Shown here piece by piece: positions 38,130-52,232 of a stretch of 64,000 bases of DNA. The notes under the pieces were generated by a model. The model searched no databases, had not been told where the DNA came from, and saw only the letters and a program-made list of their open reading frames with translations. The stretch is taken from assembly GCA_973895155.1 (NCBI GenBank), contig OZ316891.1, positions 12,584,771 to 12,648,770 on the forward strand. The letters are read 5' to 3'. The DNA comes from Marsupella aquatica (taxonomy: Eukaryota; Plantae; Marchantiophyta). Numbering within the stretch: the first letter of the stretch is position 1; every line of letters starts with the position of its first letter. Made by a program: the position numbers and the translations under genes.

Positions 38130-38570
38130 TTTTACTTGAAAAAATATTTTATTTCACATTATGTTTCACATAACCCTTTTGGCGTCATGACATCATTTAA
38201 CTTGATAACTTCTTTCATGTAATGACATCCTTGGCAAAACAACCTCTTTTTGTTTTAAAATGACATCTTTGTACTTGACGATATCATTTTACTTGATGAC
38301 ATCTTTCATATAATTACATCTGTGACAAAATCACTTCTTTTTATTAATGTCATATTTTTACTTGACAACTTCTTTCACATAATGACATCTTTGGCAAAAC
38401 AATTTCTTCTTTTTCAACGACATTTATTTTACTTGATAATATTTTTCACATATCGACATCTTTGGCGAATGATTTTTTGTTTTACAACACCTTTTTTTCA
38501 CGACATGTTTCACATCACGAGATCTTGGGCGTCACGACATCTTTTGTGCACCACACGAGTATTGAGCTAA
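38130..38570 (+). mobile_element. Helitron-like family, 3' portion
   Basis: GACATCTT array ending GTGCACCACACGAGTATTGAGCTAA|T, a degenerate form of the hairpin plus CTAG end. Confidence 0.55.
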
Positions 38571-38820
38571 TTATATATAACTTTGAAGAGTATTTTGGTC
38601 CTATTTTGCTACAATTTATGATTGTGTCCATCAGAGTCTCTAGAACCCATGGGAGCTTTTCTTTTGAGAAGCACATGATGTACATTTTAGGTGTAATAAC
38701 TAATAACCTTCTGGCCTCCTCTACCTGGGTCCATGGGGACCGATGTTTTTGTCTCTTTTGTTTCCTCCCTTTAAGTGGGTCTGTGGGATCCTGCTTCCGG
38801 TTGGTCGCTTTTTGTTTTTT

Positions 38821-38824
<4 letters not shown>

Positions 38825-38853
<29 letters not shown>
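38825..38853. repeat. (TA)n microsatellite
   Basis: About 14 AT units, directly visible. Confidence 0.9.
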
Positions 38854-38856
<3 letters not shown>

Positions 38857-40758
38857 TGACAGTCATCCAACCAACCTGGACACCGGTATAGCGATCAATA
38901 CGACCACGGTAAATAATAAGGTGTTGTTGTCCGAGCACTATACTGTAATTAAAGCCCGTGTTCTCACGTACAGTATCGTATACCCGTCGCACCTGTATCT
39001 TATTTACTTACTGAAACTGTCACTCGTGCATTGATTTGCCACTCGCGCAGTCTAGCGGACAAAAATGCGTGTGGAGTCGTGCTCAGCTCCATGATTCCCC
39101 CTCGATGAGCTCACTGAGCTGCTTCCCAGCTCGAGAAGACGGTGAAACGTACTAACGTAGAGCCAGTGCCACCCCAGCCCTTGCTTTGTCTTGAGCATCA
39201 TTCTGAATTCTGCTGCTGGGTTGGCTACATTGATGATTTGGTCTGTTCCTGAATTTCTTGGTCCTCTTGGATCTTCGCCTCACATTAGCGAAGATGTGTA
39301 CTTGCGAGTGACGGCAGAAATGAATTGATTTTGTGGACTGTCCAACTGTGAGATCGGACGTCCGGCTGCACTAAATGCGCTCATAACTATTAACTAGTAG
39401 GACAAAGCAACCACCAGCTCGATCGTCCCCAAGTTTGGTCTGTTACATTATAATTACGGACAGAAGAAGAATGAAAATCGGATCCCAGTAATAGGATTTA
39501 TTGGGAGGAAGACTGTCCACTTCACCACTCGGGCACTCGCCAGCCCGACAGCCAGTTGAGAGTTGTGGGTCTCAGGTGAGACCGTGCGGTCCAGTGACCT
39601 GCATTTGCTTCATCCTTAGTTCCCATGCATGGATCGAGTGAGACAGACTCAGGTCGCTTAATTCACATGTTTTGCCAGTACTCAACAGGCAGGGTACCGA
39701 TCTCCATGCGCTGCTTCCCAGCTCGGGAATCATAACGTAGAGCCCAGCCGACGTCGCTCCGTCTTCGGTAGCTGCTCCGTTTTGTCGAGTTCTTCACCTC
39801 AGAAGGGCTGGAGAATTGAGATAGGGTACGTGCGAGCTCCAGACTCGATCAAACCTCTGACGTCTTTTGAAGGAGATTGGGAGTCTTGAGGTATGCTCGC
39901 ATCACATTTCACACTCTACTAGACAGCAACACTACCCACAGTCCATATATGTCTAGCTTATTCTACAATGTGCTGATTCAGATGGAAATATGCAAGCTGA
40001 TGCAGCCAAGTAAACGTGAAAAATCTGCAGTGTTAGTTTAGGAATAGATAAGAAATCGCCCCAGGAGGTATACTTACAATTAGTTGGTGTTGCCTAAGCA
40101 GCAGCCAGCGCCCAGGCAGTCCCGTCCGGAGGGATACCTTCAGCAGCTAGCCTCATGACAGTCAACACTTACTTACCGTCCCGACAACGGGATTGCTGAA
40201 GTCAGCGTTTGTTGAGATGATGCACTTAGATTTGAGGGCACACCCAATGAAGTTTTCCCAGGTTTTTGAAGGATAACTTGGCTCAATTAGTATAATACGG
40301 ACGAGTGTTTAAGTAGAGACATCGCAGGCCCCGATCACAGGATTCAAAAAACCGTTGCATTTCCACTCGTGCCTTTTTCCCACCAGTATAGTAAAAACAT
40401 GAGAGACGCGCACGATTTGCTTTCTCCCAGCCTTGCTTTCTACCAGCTTAACCTATTTGAATCTCTTTCATCTACCCAGGCATTGGGACCTGATTGACCA
40501 ATGTTGTAGTTCGTGCTCAAGTGTAGACCTGTGTCATTCACGCATTGTACAAGTCGCCAAAGGTCTTGCTAGTGACCTACATTTGGGATCTCATCTATCA
40601 ACATGTACCCTTGATTCAATGTTGACGTAGGAGCATTTCCTTTCACTTGCTGCTACAGCAGCACTCTGACCGGATGTGACTTATCTGAAACTCGTGCTAT
40701 TTTTCCCCTGGCTTGCAGGTCCCATATATATAAACTCCCCGGAACCTTGCAGCTCAAC

Positions 40759-42699
40759 ATGGATACTGTTCACGTGCAGCTTTTTGGAGCAGTGTTACTG
40801 TTTTTTAGCTCTGCGGTTATAGGCGGGGTTACAGGACAGGTACCACCATCCACCATGCCAGCAAACTTCATCTTCGGTGACTCGCTAGTAGATGCTGGCA
40901 ACAACAACTACCTTCCGGCTTCTTTAGCTAAAGCAAACTTTCCCCACAATGGAATGGACTTCCCTGGTGGACAAGCGACCGGGCGATTCTGCAACGGGCG
41001 TACTGTTACGGACGTCATTTGTATGTCACTACAAACATCTTTCCTCATTCGACGTAGTTTTGGGGACCACATGCGGTTGTCTCGAATCGAGAAGGAAAGG
41101 GTCGAGTCTCCTTGCTAAGGTTGTCCCGTTGTTCTGGGTTTTAGTCTTTTTTGCTTAGCACTTGCAGCGGTATGACATGGCCGTTTTTTCCCTGAACCTG
41201 CTCTCAGGTGATCTTATTGGTATTCCGTTCCCACCCCCTTACTTGGCCCCCACTACGAAGGCTGGCGTAGGAATTCTACAAGGGGTGAACTATGCCTCAG
41301 CTGCAGGTGGTATTCTGGATGCAACTGGTGCTAATTATGTAAGTTCAGACTCACGCTCCACATCGATTTATCGTCCTCATCAGCCTTCTTTCACTTTCTG
41401 AAACTTCTCTCTCCAACAAGGATTCTCTAAACTTTACTAAGCAAATTTGCTATTCTATTGATGTTGTACGTAGTGACGAAGTTTTGAAAATCTTGCATTC
41501 CAGCCAATCATAGTTCCGTTGCTCTCGGCACCGATGCCCTCAAATGCTCAGTATCCGACATAATCTTTTCCGAAAGTATGCTACATTGTATGGCAAACTG
41601 GAAAGTAATGAATAAGTGGAACGGAGTGAAAATGACTGGTAGATACTTACTGCGGATGGTACAAGCAGGTTCAACGCGTTGGGATGAATGGCCAGATTCA
41701 ATCCTTCGGGAGTACTTTGGCCCAACTGCAGGCGCAGATAGGAATAGCGCAAACGAACACCTTACTCGCGACAGCACTTTGCACCGTTGTGGTGGGCAGC
41801 AATGACTTCATCAACAACTACTTGCTGACTGACACAACTACCAGATTTCAGTACAATACCCGCCAGTACAACGAGCTCTTGCTCAATACCTTAAGCCAGC
41901 AGTTGACGGTACGTGAACTCTGAACCTAAAGCTGATTCTGCCAAATATGATTGTTTGAATGTTTCTAATTCTGAGATTGCGCCTGACTCAATTTAATGAC
42001 TACCTGTGGACACTAAATCATGATCATTCGGTTCTAATTCACGGGATTTTGCGACATCGTTCTATTCCAGACACTGTACAACTTCGGGATGCGGAAATTT
42101 ACTGTCTCGAATGTGGGGCCCCTCGGATGCATACCCGACCAGCTAGCTATAGCTGGGGCGCCCAATTGCATACAATCAACGAACGACCAGGTTCAGGATT
42201 ACAATGCCGGACTAGCCTCTTTGCTGACTCGGCTCACTAGCAATCTCCCGGGGTCAACATTTTTGTACGCCAACGCCTACGACTCGGTGAACTCGTTCAT
42301 CACCAGCCCAGCCAATTACGGTACGTGAGCTAGCGCAACGCCTCTGTATGTAAAATTTCTTCAAGACTTCGAATCCGAATGCAGGCGAAAGGCACATGAA
42401 TTCCACAATGACCACTTAGTTTGTTTAAATATTAACTTATCAGCACACTCCCTTGATCATGACGTCCTTCAACTTCTACAGGGTTTACCAGCACCCTCTC
42501 TTGCTGCGGATCCGGACTATATAACGCGCAACTCCCATGTCTTCCCACGGCATCCCTTTGCCAAGATCGAACCCAGTATATCTTCTGGGACGCCTACCAT
42601 CCCACTCAAGCGGCGAATATGATTCTGGCGAATAGTCTTTGGAATGGGGGAACGAGCTCCATCCACCCCATGAATGTCCAGCAGCTTCTGAAGTTGTGA
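40759..42699 (+). CDS. GDSL esterase/lipase, secreted; exons 40759-41020, 41208-41338, 41669-41908, 42071-42320, 42482-42699
   Basis: Signal peptide; FIFGDSLVDAGNNN, TGRFCNGR, GVNYASAAGGI, VGSNDF, GPLGCIP, FWDAYHPT. GT-AG introns keep the frame. Confidence 0.93.
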
Positions 42700-44005
42700 T
42701 TTGACATAAACTGTCGGGAAAGAGCTCCATCGCATCTCCTCTATCAATGTCCAGCAGCTTCTGATGGAACGTGGAATTGTGTCGGGAACGAGCTTCAAGC
42801 TAGGCCGCTAGAATGTTCAGCAGCTTTTGAACTCTGATGGAACAGGTTGGATGAAAGCAAAGCGGTGCACATGTCGTACTGGCAACTAAATTTTTTGCAC
42901 CCAGTCGTGTATAGCATCGAGATGCAGTGCTGTAGTGGAGTTAGAAACTATTCTTTAGCTGCAAGCGTCGATGTCTTATCATTTCGCATTAGGTCTTCTT
43001 CTCTCTGGCAGAGTTGAGAATGCATAGCACTGTGCCACATCTTGAAAGATAAATATAGCAATGACCAAGAGGGAGATATCGGAATGTTACATGGACGGAA
43101 TTTCGAGTTTGTTCCCGGATTTGACAAACCACGATCTCCAGATCTTAACGTGACATCTTTGAAGATACATATGTCTACTACATTGTGAGGCATTGTACAC
43201 TTTACTCAAAGCAAGGTGGGTATCGTAGGAAGCACATCTCTCACAAAACCACATAAAACAGCTTAGAGCAAGGCATTAAGGTGAACAACGGGAAAACCAA
43301 AACCACATATATAACGCCTTAGAGCAAGGCATTAAGGTGAACAACGGTGCTGTTGGCAGTACAGTACAGACAGTACCATCCTTGGGCAGGGGGGCATGGA
43401 TGTTCACAATTGCTACGAAATCATAATGATGGCCACCATGTCACCAAGCGCTTTCAAAATCTACGAGAAAGGTCAGACCCATCATATAAATCATAGACCG
43501 TAAAGTTTGTTGCCATGTAGTACTTTGCTGGTAGTACCTTGCTTTTTATGATATTGTGCATCAAACCTTTGGTATTTGGCCACAGCATTCAGACACATCT
43601 TCCCGGAACTAAAGTGGCGGCTCTTCTCATGCAGCTAAATTAGCAAGTCATCCTCTTCAATTGGACGGAAAGCCAGGGCAAAATCAAATTCTTAGCAAAA
43701 TGGACAGCAATAAAGCTCCATGACAAACTAACAATCCACTCCAATACTTCAATAGTGAGCGGTAGTACTCCCAGCAGTGTTGTCCTCCCAACCAACTTTC
43801 CTCCCACAATCTTGTTATGGCAGCAAGTTTCAACTTTTAGCCTCTATGTGGAGTGTTCAAACTGAACACTAATTGAAACTGAACACTAATTGGGCCTTCA
43901 ACTTTTAGCCTTTATGTGAAGCTCTATAGTGTTCAAACTGAACACTAATTGGGGCACAGGTTGGTTGCCCCTTAACTCCTTGGCCTAAACCGAGTACCAA
44001 ATACC

Positions 44006-44181
44006 CTAACCTAACCTCAATTCCTGCTGGACTCCCAATGGCCACCTCAGATTACACCCTTCCATAAACATACAAACCCTACACCCATGCATACTAACCT
44101 AACCTCAATTCCTGCTGGACTCCCAATGGCCACCTCAGATTACACCCTTCCATAAACATACAAACCCTACACCCATGCATA
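44006..44181. repeat. 88-bp perfect tandem duplication
   Basis: CTAACCTAACCTCAATTCC...ACACCCATGCATA twice (44006-44093, 44094-44181). Confidence 0.9.
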
Positions 44182-47029
44182 CTTGTAGCTATTCTCTTCA
44201 GAATTATTATTTTTGGTCTTTAGTTCATATGCACCAATTGCTTAATGACAATTGTAACAATTAGAACATGCTTGTGTCCTAATCATGTATATAACACAAA
44301 AACTCCTAATTTTCTTGCGCAAATCCACCTAATATGACCCATTAATGAGGGCCTATTGTCCTTTAAAGTGAATCAAAAATTTTACAAACCCTATTAATCT
44401 TACACAAAACTTTGAAATAGGGTTTGTAAAATTCAAGCATCATCCTCTAGTTGCACAACTACCAACTGGAGGTCCTTTTTTTAGCTCCAATTGTTTCTCA
44501 TCTAGATCATACTTTTCCATTGATGCGCATCACTACCTAGAATCTCATCAAGCACATCCTCTAGTTGCACAACTACCGCCTTAGCATCCTTTGAAAAACT
44601 CACTCCCATAGTCTAAGAGCATAGTGCATTTGTCCTTGTAATGGTCTTTCCACTCTCAGGGTAGGAGTCCCCTTTGCTGTGCACGATCTCTCCAATTCCT
44701 CCATGTAATCTTCATAAACTGTACTGGAAACCTTATGCCAGACCTTTGTTGGAACCTTCTGCACATTTACTGTCTTCCCCTGTAATACAATGGAAAATGT
44801 GTGAGATAGCTTACTAGCTTTCAACATTGCAAGTATCTTGGAGTCAAGAGGCATCTTCTTATTCAGATATCCACTTCTTTGCCTTTCTAAAGGTTTCTTT
44901 GCGGACCTGAGAGGTTGACTGTTCAGGTAACTTTTTCCAGCGGAGCTTTCCTCTAGGCTTTTGTCAAAACTGCAACAGACTGATATTGGGGCCAGACATG
45001 GAGTTGCCCAAAGCTAGCTCATGAGCCTTTGTAGAAAGCATCAACTCTCCTCTGTTCCCCTCCCAATTGCTTCAATTGGCATTGCGCTTTCCATGTCACA
45101 AAAACAATAGGGGTTCTCAAATATGATGCATGGGCACTCTAACCAGGTTTTCTTTGGATGGACGTGGCCAAAAAATGTGTGGTGCTCCCAAAGCCTAGCA
45201 TACACACTTAAGTCACAAGATTTTATGGTTTCCCTCTGACCACTTCCCCCATTAAGGGAACCAAAATAAATGAACTTGGAAATTCTGAACACTGGTCAAA
45301 CTCAGTTGCATGTCACATTCCGGGCATTGGCCCTATCCCACAGAAGAGTAAAATGGATCCATATTTGAGACCTTATGAATATTGAATAACCAATCCTGCC
45401 AAAAAGGGGACTGGTTTGTTTATTCCCCATTATTGTGTATTTTGCCTTTGAGATCCTAGTCTGGCACTTGTTAGGTGCCCATTCATGACAAGTCTAAGTT
45501 TCCAAATGTTGTGGCTTGCATTGATTTTTGCCCCAAGCCTGAACATGAGTGTTTGGAATTTTCATAATCATGCCCTTCATGTTTGGGGCAATGTGGGTAA
45601 AAATACTTCTGCTTGGTAGCCATAAAAATTTGAAAAAATAGATAAAGTACATTAAAAACAACAAGGAATGGGAATGGAAAGGGCACAATAGATATCCTTA
45701 TTTTTTAGTTCAAATTTTGGTTTTGACAAAATTAAAAATTCAATCTAGAAATAAATTGATTACATGAAAATCAATCTTCAAAGATCAAACATATCAGTAT
45801 TTAATTTAGAAAACAACCATCAACAAACTGGTTTTGGTGGGTATCCTTGCCTATATCACCCTCACCTTCTTTCAGTTTCAATTTCCTTCCCTTCATAGCT
45901 CATTGTTTTATTTTGCTTTTCTTTGCCACCGTTGTTCCTCATTGCTTTGAAGTGAGCAGATACATTGAATTGAGATACTTCACTTCCCTGCCTCTTTGTA
46001 GACTGGTAATTGACAATTAGTTCGTGGACCCCTTGGCTAATAAAATCCAGGGGAAGAGTCGATCTGAGTCGTCTCCATTTCTTATCTCCGGAAATCTCGT
46101 CCGTCCATCATAATGGCCAATCTATGGCTCAAAAGAAAGATCTCAAATAGATCTATGGATGGGATCTGGCCGTTTTGCAAATGGGTTAATATTTTTCAAA
46201 TGAAAAATTAAACAAATCCAAGCCTTCCTAGCCGTCAATTTTGTTGATTTTATGATATTTGCCGTCAATTTTGCAATGCCTCTAGAAATCTTATTCATCC
46301 ATGTTAGAAGGCGATCTAGGGTGCAAAAGAAAGATCTCAATGAGATCTACGACTGGGTATTTTTTGTTTTGAGAATGAGTAAATAGTTTGGAGTATAAAA
46401 TTCGATGAACTTTCAAGATTCCAGCCATTCCTCCTCCCTGATCCTGGGTTTCTATGTGCTCTTCCCAGCATTAATGACCATACAATACGAGAGATCCTTA
46501 CATACCGGGAGTTGCGGTTTAACAAGGAAATTATCAAGTTAGTTATTAGTTATTATTTATTATATGAAAAATACTTTTTATAAATCTTTACAAGTGACAG
46601 GTTACATAGTGATAGTTTTAACCGTCTTGCTCTTTGCATTTCAAATGTTTTTACTTTTCTTTTTATGGCACGGTGTCCCAAAATTTACACCCAAATTGAC
46701 ACAAACACGAATGAAAACTATAAGTTTGATTCACAAAACCGACGAGTCTTGTTTGTTGCGGTTGTTGTTGACATGGCACGCTGTGGTGCCAGGAATTTTG
46801 GAAGGGACCTCTAGTGGGGTCCGTAAATACGGACATACTTATTTGAGACTATTTTTACAACTTAGGGTAATTTTATATCCCAGTTCTAGTCCTTCTAAAA
46901 ACTAAATCTTCCCCAGATCAAGGATGGCTATCTGTTATTAGGTCTGGCTTGGTTTGGTTGGAGTGACTGGCATTCTGAACATTCAGCTGAGACCATTGAC
47001 TTTGCAATGTATGCATTATTTTTGAAATT

Positions 47030-48100
47030 AAAAAGTTAATAAACAAAAGAACAAGTATTGGCTTTCTCACTAGCATTAACTCAACATAACCAGGGGGTCC
47101 TATGTATTAAAATGAAAAAGTTAGTAAACAGGAGAACACTTATTAGCTTCACCTCAAGCATTAACTCACCTTAAGTAGGGGGTCCAAGATTTAGTAAACA
47201 GGAGAACATGTATTAGCTTCATCACAAGCATGAAAGCAACATAAGGGTCCCATTTTAAAAAATTTAAAAGTTAGTAAACCTGAGAACATATATTAGGTTC
47301 ATCTCAAGCATTAAAGCAAGCAACATAAGGAGAGGGTCCAAGAACTACTCGTTCTTCAATTTTAGTTCTTCAATTTTAGTTCTTTGGCACTCTTATAAGA
47401 AGCTGGTCCAAGAATTACTTTTACTTCTTTGGCACTCTTATTCTAACCTGGTCCAAGAACTACAGTACTCATCCTTCACTTTTAGTTCTTTGGCACTCTC
47501 GTAACCTTTTTTCCACCTTAAATTAGGTCGACAGGACTCATTATCACTTTAGTGCTTCATTTTTAGTTCATTGGCACTCTTATTAGAACCTGGTTCAAGA
47601 ACTACTCGTCCTTCACTTTTAGTATTTGGCACTCTTATTATAACCTGGTCCAAGAACTACAATACTCATTCTTCAGTTCGAGTTATCCAGTTTTGGTACT
47701 TCAGTTTTAGTTCTTTTGCACTCTTATTATAACCTGGTCCAAGAACTACAATACTCATTCTTCAGTTTTAGTTAGTTGGCACCAGGGTTTTTTTCAGTGG
47801 CGAAAATTCGCTGGATTCCACCTCCCCAAAAATCCTTTGCCACTTTTGGCTAAAATTCCCTACTTTTTTGCTGTCTCTTTAGTCAGTGTTCCACCTAATC
47901 CCAGGCCCCATTAGCCAGAATCTAACGGTCCGCCTTAAATCTAGGGAGATCTGACGGTCAAGAAAATAATTGAATACAGAATCTTTTGAGCATCTTCTCC
48001 TTGAGACACTTTACATTCGCCACCTTGGCGAAAAAGTGAAATCCTTACTGGTTGGCACTCTTATGATAACCTTTGTTCCACCTTAAATTAGGTCGATAGG
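47030..48100. repeat. Degenerate minisatellite arrays upstream of eIF3d
   Basis: ~70-bp units AGTTAGTAAACAGGAGAACA..TATTAGCTTCA (47030-47330), then units GGTCCAAGAACTAC...TTTAGTTCTTTGGCACTCTTAT (47335-48070). Confidence 0.75.
47783..48050 (+). mobile_element. hAT-type MITE, 268 bp
   Basis: Starts CAG, ends CTG. Perfect 8-bp TSD GTTGGCAC (47775-82, 48051-58). Imperfect TIR and subterminal GTGGCGAA/TTCGCCAC. Interrupts one minisatellite unit. Confidence 0.85.
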
Positions 48101-48343
48101 AACACTACAGCAGTGTACCAAGTACGTGGGTGGGGACAGTACCTACAGTAGTGGGGGAGGGATCGCAGGGCCCGTTCACACAGTAAGTTAGGGTTTTACG
48201 GTCGTCCGTGAGCGCAAAGCAAAGCAACGAGCATTCGTCCCTCTCTTGTTCTGTTCCCTCTTTTCTTTCCTCCTCTTCCTCGTAGCCCTCCTTGATCAGC
48301 GAGCTGCTCAATCGGAGCAGCACGAACGTCGAGCACATCAGCG

Positions 48344-51300
48344 ATGGCGTTCTCAGCAGGGTTCGCTGTGCCCGAAGTTGCGGAGAATGCTGATGGATGG
48401 GGTCCTGGAGCTGCCAGCGTTCCTGCCAGTCTTCAACATGTGCCCTATGCCCCTTTCAGCAAAGCCGATCGTCTCGGCCGAGCCTCAGATTGGACAGCGT
48501 CCGCTTTCAAGTTTAACACGAGTTTGTTTCCCTTCTCCTCCTGATGACCTTTGTCTCTCTTTACTTGGAATTGTTTTTATCGATTGCCGGTTCTCCCGTA
48601 AGTCCTGCCTGGTGCGTGAGCAGTCTTGGCAGTTACATACGAGCCAGTTCTCAGGTCTTGCTGTGTGCTGATAGATTTACGTTCGTCTGGTGTGCAGACC
48701 GCTACAATGATCGAAATAATAATGGAGTGAATACCGTCTTCAATTTCTTCCATAACGAAGACGAGGTTAGCTGTAATTTGTTATTCTACTCACACTAGAT
48801 GAGGCGATATAGGAGAGTTTTTATTGCGGATCCAATAACTCCTTGCTGTTGTTCAAACCGATATGATTGCTACGGTATTTATGATTTATTATGGCAGTCC
48901 ACTTGCTTATTTGATGTTTAGGGTTTTTGTTCCATGGGATGCTTCTTACCGTTTCGTGGGTATGCTAATTGCGTGCATCAGGATTCATTTCATCTTGTTG
49001 ACACACGACCTCCACCTAGACCAAAGTATGGAGCAAGGAGATTTCAACAGGTGAAATTCGAATCTCCTGTTGTTCTTTTATTTCAACATTTCTAATGTAA
49101 TATCTTTTAGTGTCCGTGAAGATGTGAAATCATATTTACAAAGAAGACTGTTGCCCACACAGCGTTTCCAAAGGAGGGACCGAGATGATGCGAGAAGGGA
49201 CGGCGGAAGAGATAGCGGTGCTGGTGCTGACAGAGAGCGTCAACGGCGTGAGAGATTGCAACAACAGAAGAGAGGACAGTGGAATGCCTACTGGCAGGAT
49301 AAGAATGCTCCTCGTGTTGTATATAACAGTTCGGTGAGTGTGCTAAGAGGTGTTTCGTCGGTGCCTTGCTTTGAGTCAGAACATGCTGCCGTTGCGCCGT
49401 TTCTTTTGGATCACTGCAGGTATCGGGTGCTATCTGTGTCCCGTGAAATCTCTCCCCTAAACTGTTTGCGTAGTTCTGAAAGAGAGCTTCTGTCCATTGT
49501 AGGTTGACATTCGACCTGAGTGGACAGTTTTGGAGCAGATACCCCTGAGCTCATTGTCGAAACTCAGTTATGATGTCGGCGAGCCTGAAGACATGTAAGC
49601 TCCGGCATTGATCTGTTTCTAGAGTCATACTTTCACCCCTTCCTGTTTCGTCTGGAACCGCTGCTTGCGATCTCTGTTAATTCACGGTTAATTCACTCAC
49701 GAGGTGTCTCTATGCTCATTGTGCAGTACAACTTGTGGAACCTTAGAGTATTACGATAAGGGATTCGATCGCGTGACTCCAAAGGTATAGTAGGCTTACG
49801 AGCTGGCTTGATGTAGTTGTGATGTTCTTAGTGACGTTGATCTGGTGTAATTGTGGAAAGTAGCCTGATCAAATAATGTGTTGGGTCGTCAATTATTCAG
49901 ACTGAACGCTCCCTGGAGCGCTTCGAAAACCGGCAGTTTTACAAGGTTACAACAACTGATGATCCAGTTATCAGGTGGGCTACTCCCCTTTATTTTCAAG
50001 GATTCGCTCTCTATTGTCTCCTGAAGGGAGGGAAGTTAACAACTCGGTTTGGTGCCTGCAGGCGATTGCTACTGGAAAATGAAGAAGTTGGCACTGTGTT
50101 TGCAACTGATGCCATTCTTTCAACCCTAATGTGCTCACCACGATCAGTTTACTCGTGGGACATAGTCGTCCAGAAAGTGGGGAACAAACTCTTCTTTGAT
50201 AAGAGAGATGCATCGTTTGACCTCTTAACTGTGAGTTGGCAGACCTGTCACCTTCTGCTGTCCACGAAATTTACTCGTTTCTGTTGTTCTCTACTTCAGA
50301 TTTCTGTGTTGTTTAGGAGTACGGTATGGATGATTTATACTTCGGTTTCTGCCCTTTTGGTTCAGGTGAATGAGACTGCTCAGGAGCCCATCCCTGAAGA
50401 GAAGGAAAGTATCAACTCGGTTAATTCCCTCAGCCAGGAGGCTACATTTATAAACCAGAATTTCTCTCAGCAGGTTTTGCAAAAGGTATGTTCTTAATAG
50501 ATTATGGTATTTGGAAGTGGTGGTAACTGGCTTATTTTACCTGGTGCGAGCATCCCGGGAGTTCTACTCTATCATTGATTAAGATTTTTCTGGTTTTTCC
50601 AGGAAGGGAAGAAGTACGAATTTAAAGAGCCAAATCCTTTTGCTTCGGAGAATGAGGAAGTGGCATCTGTTGCGTACCGCTATCGAAAATGGAAGCTCGA
50701 TGATGTAATGGCTCTGCTGAGCTATTCCCCAAGTTGATAGAAATGGACTCCTGAATTTGATAGTTTATTGAGTTGGCTACCTGGTATGGACTTCCACTTT
50801 AACTCTAATCCTGCTGAATTATGCTCGGAATACCTTTATGAATGCAGGACACAACTCTTGTTGCGAGATGTGAGCTCCACAGTGTGGCAGAAGTGAAGGG
50901 TACTGAGATTCTCCAGACTGTAAACTCTTTGAATGAGTTCGACTCTAAAATTACTGGAGTTGACTGGCGTCAAAAGATTGAAAACCAACGAGGAGCCGTA
51001 AGTGGACTTTTGCTTCTAACCCGAAGTTCGTTTTGTCTAGAATTTCGAGAGTTGTTAATTACGATTGTGAATTCCCACCTCAATCATTGTTTGTCGTTCA
51101 GGTGTTGGCGACTGAGCTGAAAAACAACGCTAACAAGCTAGCTAAGTGGACTGCCCAAGCACTTCTTTCTGGAGCAGAGCAGGTAATGTTACTTCTTCTG
51201 GTTAGCATGGCTCACACTTGGATCTCAGCTAGAGGATTCATTTTGGTGCTAATAACTTCATTTTAATGAGCGTATTTCTGCTTGCGTCCAGATGAAGTTG

Positions 51301-52232
51301 GGATATGTATCCAGAGTGCATCCCAAGGACAACTACAACCATGTGCTACTGGCCGTCCAAGGGTATAAGCCCAAGGAATTTGCAATGCAAATCAATCTGA
51401 ATGTGAACAACATGTGGGGTATACTGAAGGTAAGATCCAGTGGGCGCGCCCGTCTCTTATGACCACAAATTAGTTTTGCTGAATGGTGATCTGCAAAATG
51501 TTGGCTTGACTGAATTCTTTGCGTTCTACTGGAGCTCATCCCGGATGTTTAAAATGTTAGTCTTTCTCTGATCGTGGAAGTTTTGAGTTCTAAAGTTAAT
51601 CCCCTTGCTTTCTCGTACTGGTCCCACACGTCCAGACTATTGTCGATATTTGCATGAAGCTGGAAGAAGGAAAATATCTTCTTGTGAAAGACCCCAACAA
51701 GCCAATTGTCAGGTACGGAGGCATTGCATGGTTGATATCGTCATCATTTGCTTGTACTGTGTGAGCTACGGCTAATTGTGGTAGTCACAGTCGATTCTTT
51801 CGAAGATGAGCGCAATTTGTTTACTTCCCGCACGTGACCTACAAGTCGATTCTTCCGACTTTTTATCGTCTCATGTTTTCTTATTGTTTTGTTTCGCAGG
51901 TTATATTCGGTCCCGCCAGATGCATTTGAGAACGACTATGCTGAAGAGCCACTTCCAGAGGTAAGATCTCGTCAGTAGACTGGGAGAGTTTTTCCTCTTG
52001 TCCGAGAGATTGCAGGGGACTTCTTCTAACAAATTGTTTGTAGGAGCTAAACCGATGCAAGTCCCTTCCATGCACCTAGCTTTGCTCATGTATCTTTTAG
52101 TGCATCTTATGTGTATAGAAGGTGTTTATGTTTGTTGAACTACTTGTATGACAGGATGACCAGCCTCCTCCTCCCCCAGAGTCAGAGGAGAAGACCGACC
52201 AAGCAGAAGAGAAAGATGCAGATGAAATCTAA
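48344..52232 (+). CDS. eIF3d: Eukaryotic translation initiation factor 3 subunit D; 16 exons (48344-48521, 48698-48765, 48982-49050, 49163-49333, 49503-49594, 49727-49784, 49901-49974, 50062-50230, 50366-50485, 50603-50704, 50848-50997, 51102-51182, 51292-51429, 51636-51712, 51900-51960, 52155-52232)
   Basis: [111 protein letters not shown]. All introns GT-AG. The exon 4 acceptor is the least certain boundary. Confidence 0.95.

Noticed and set aside
40724-40733. TATATATAAA as the GDSL TATA box
   Set aside because: It is only ~26 nt from the ATG and directly follows a TTGCAG acceptor-like site, so it may lie within the 5' UTR. Cannot be decided from sequence alone.
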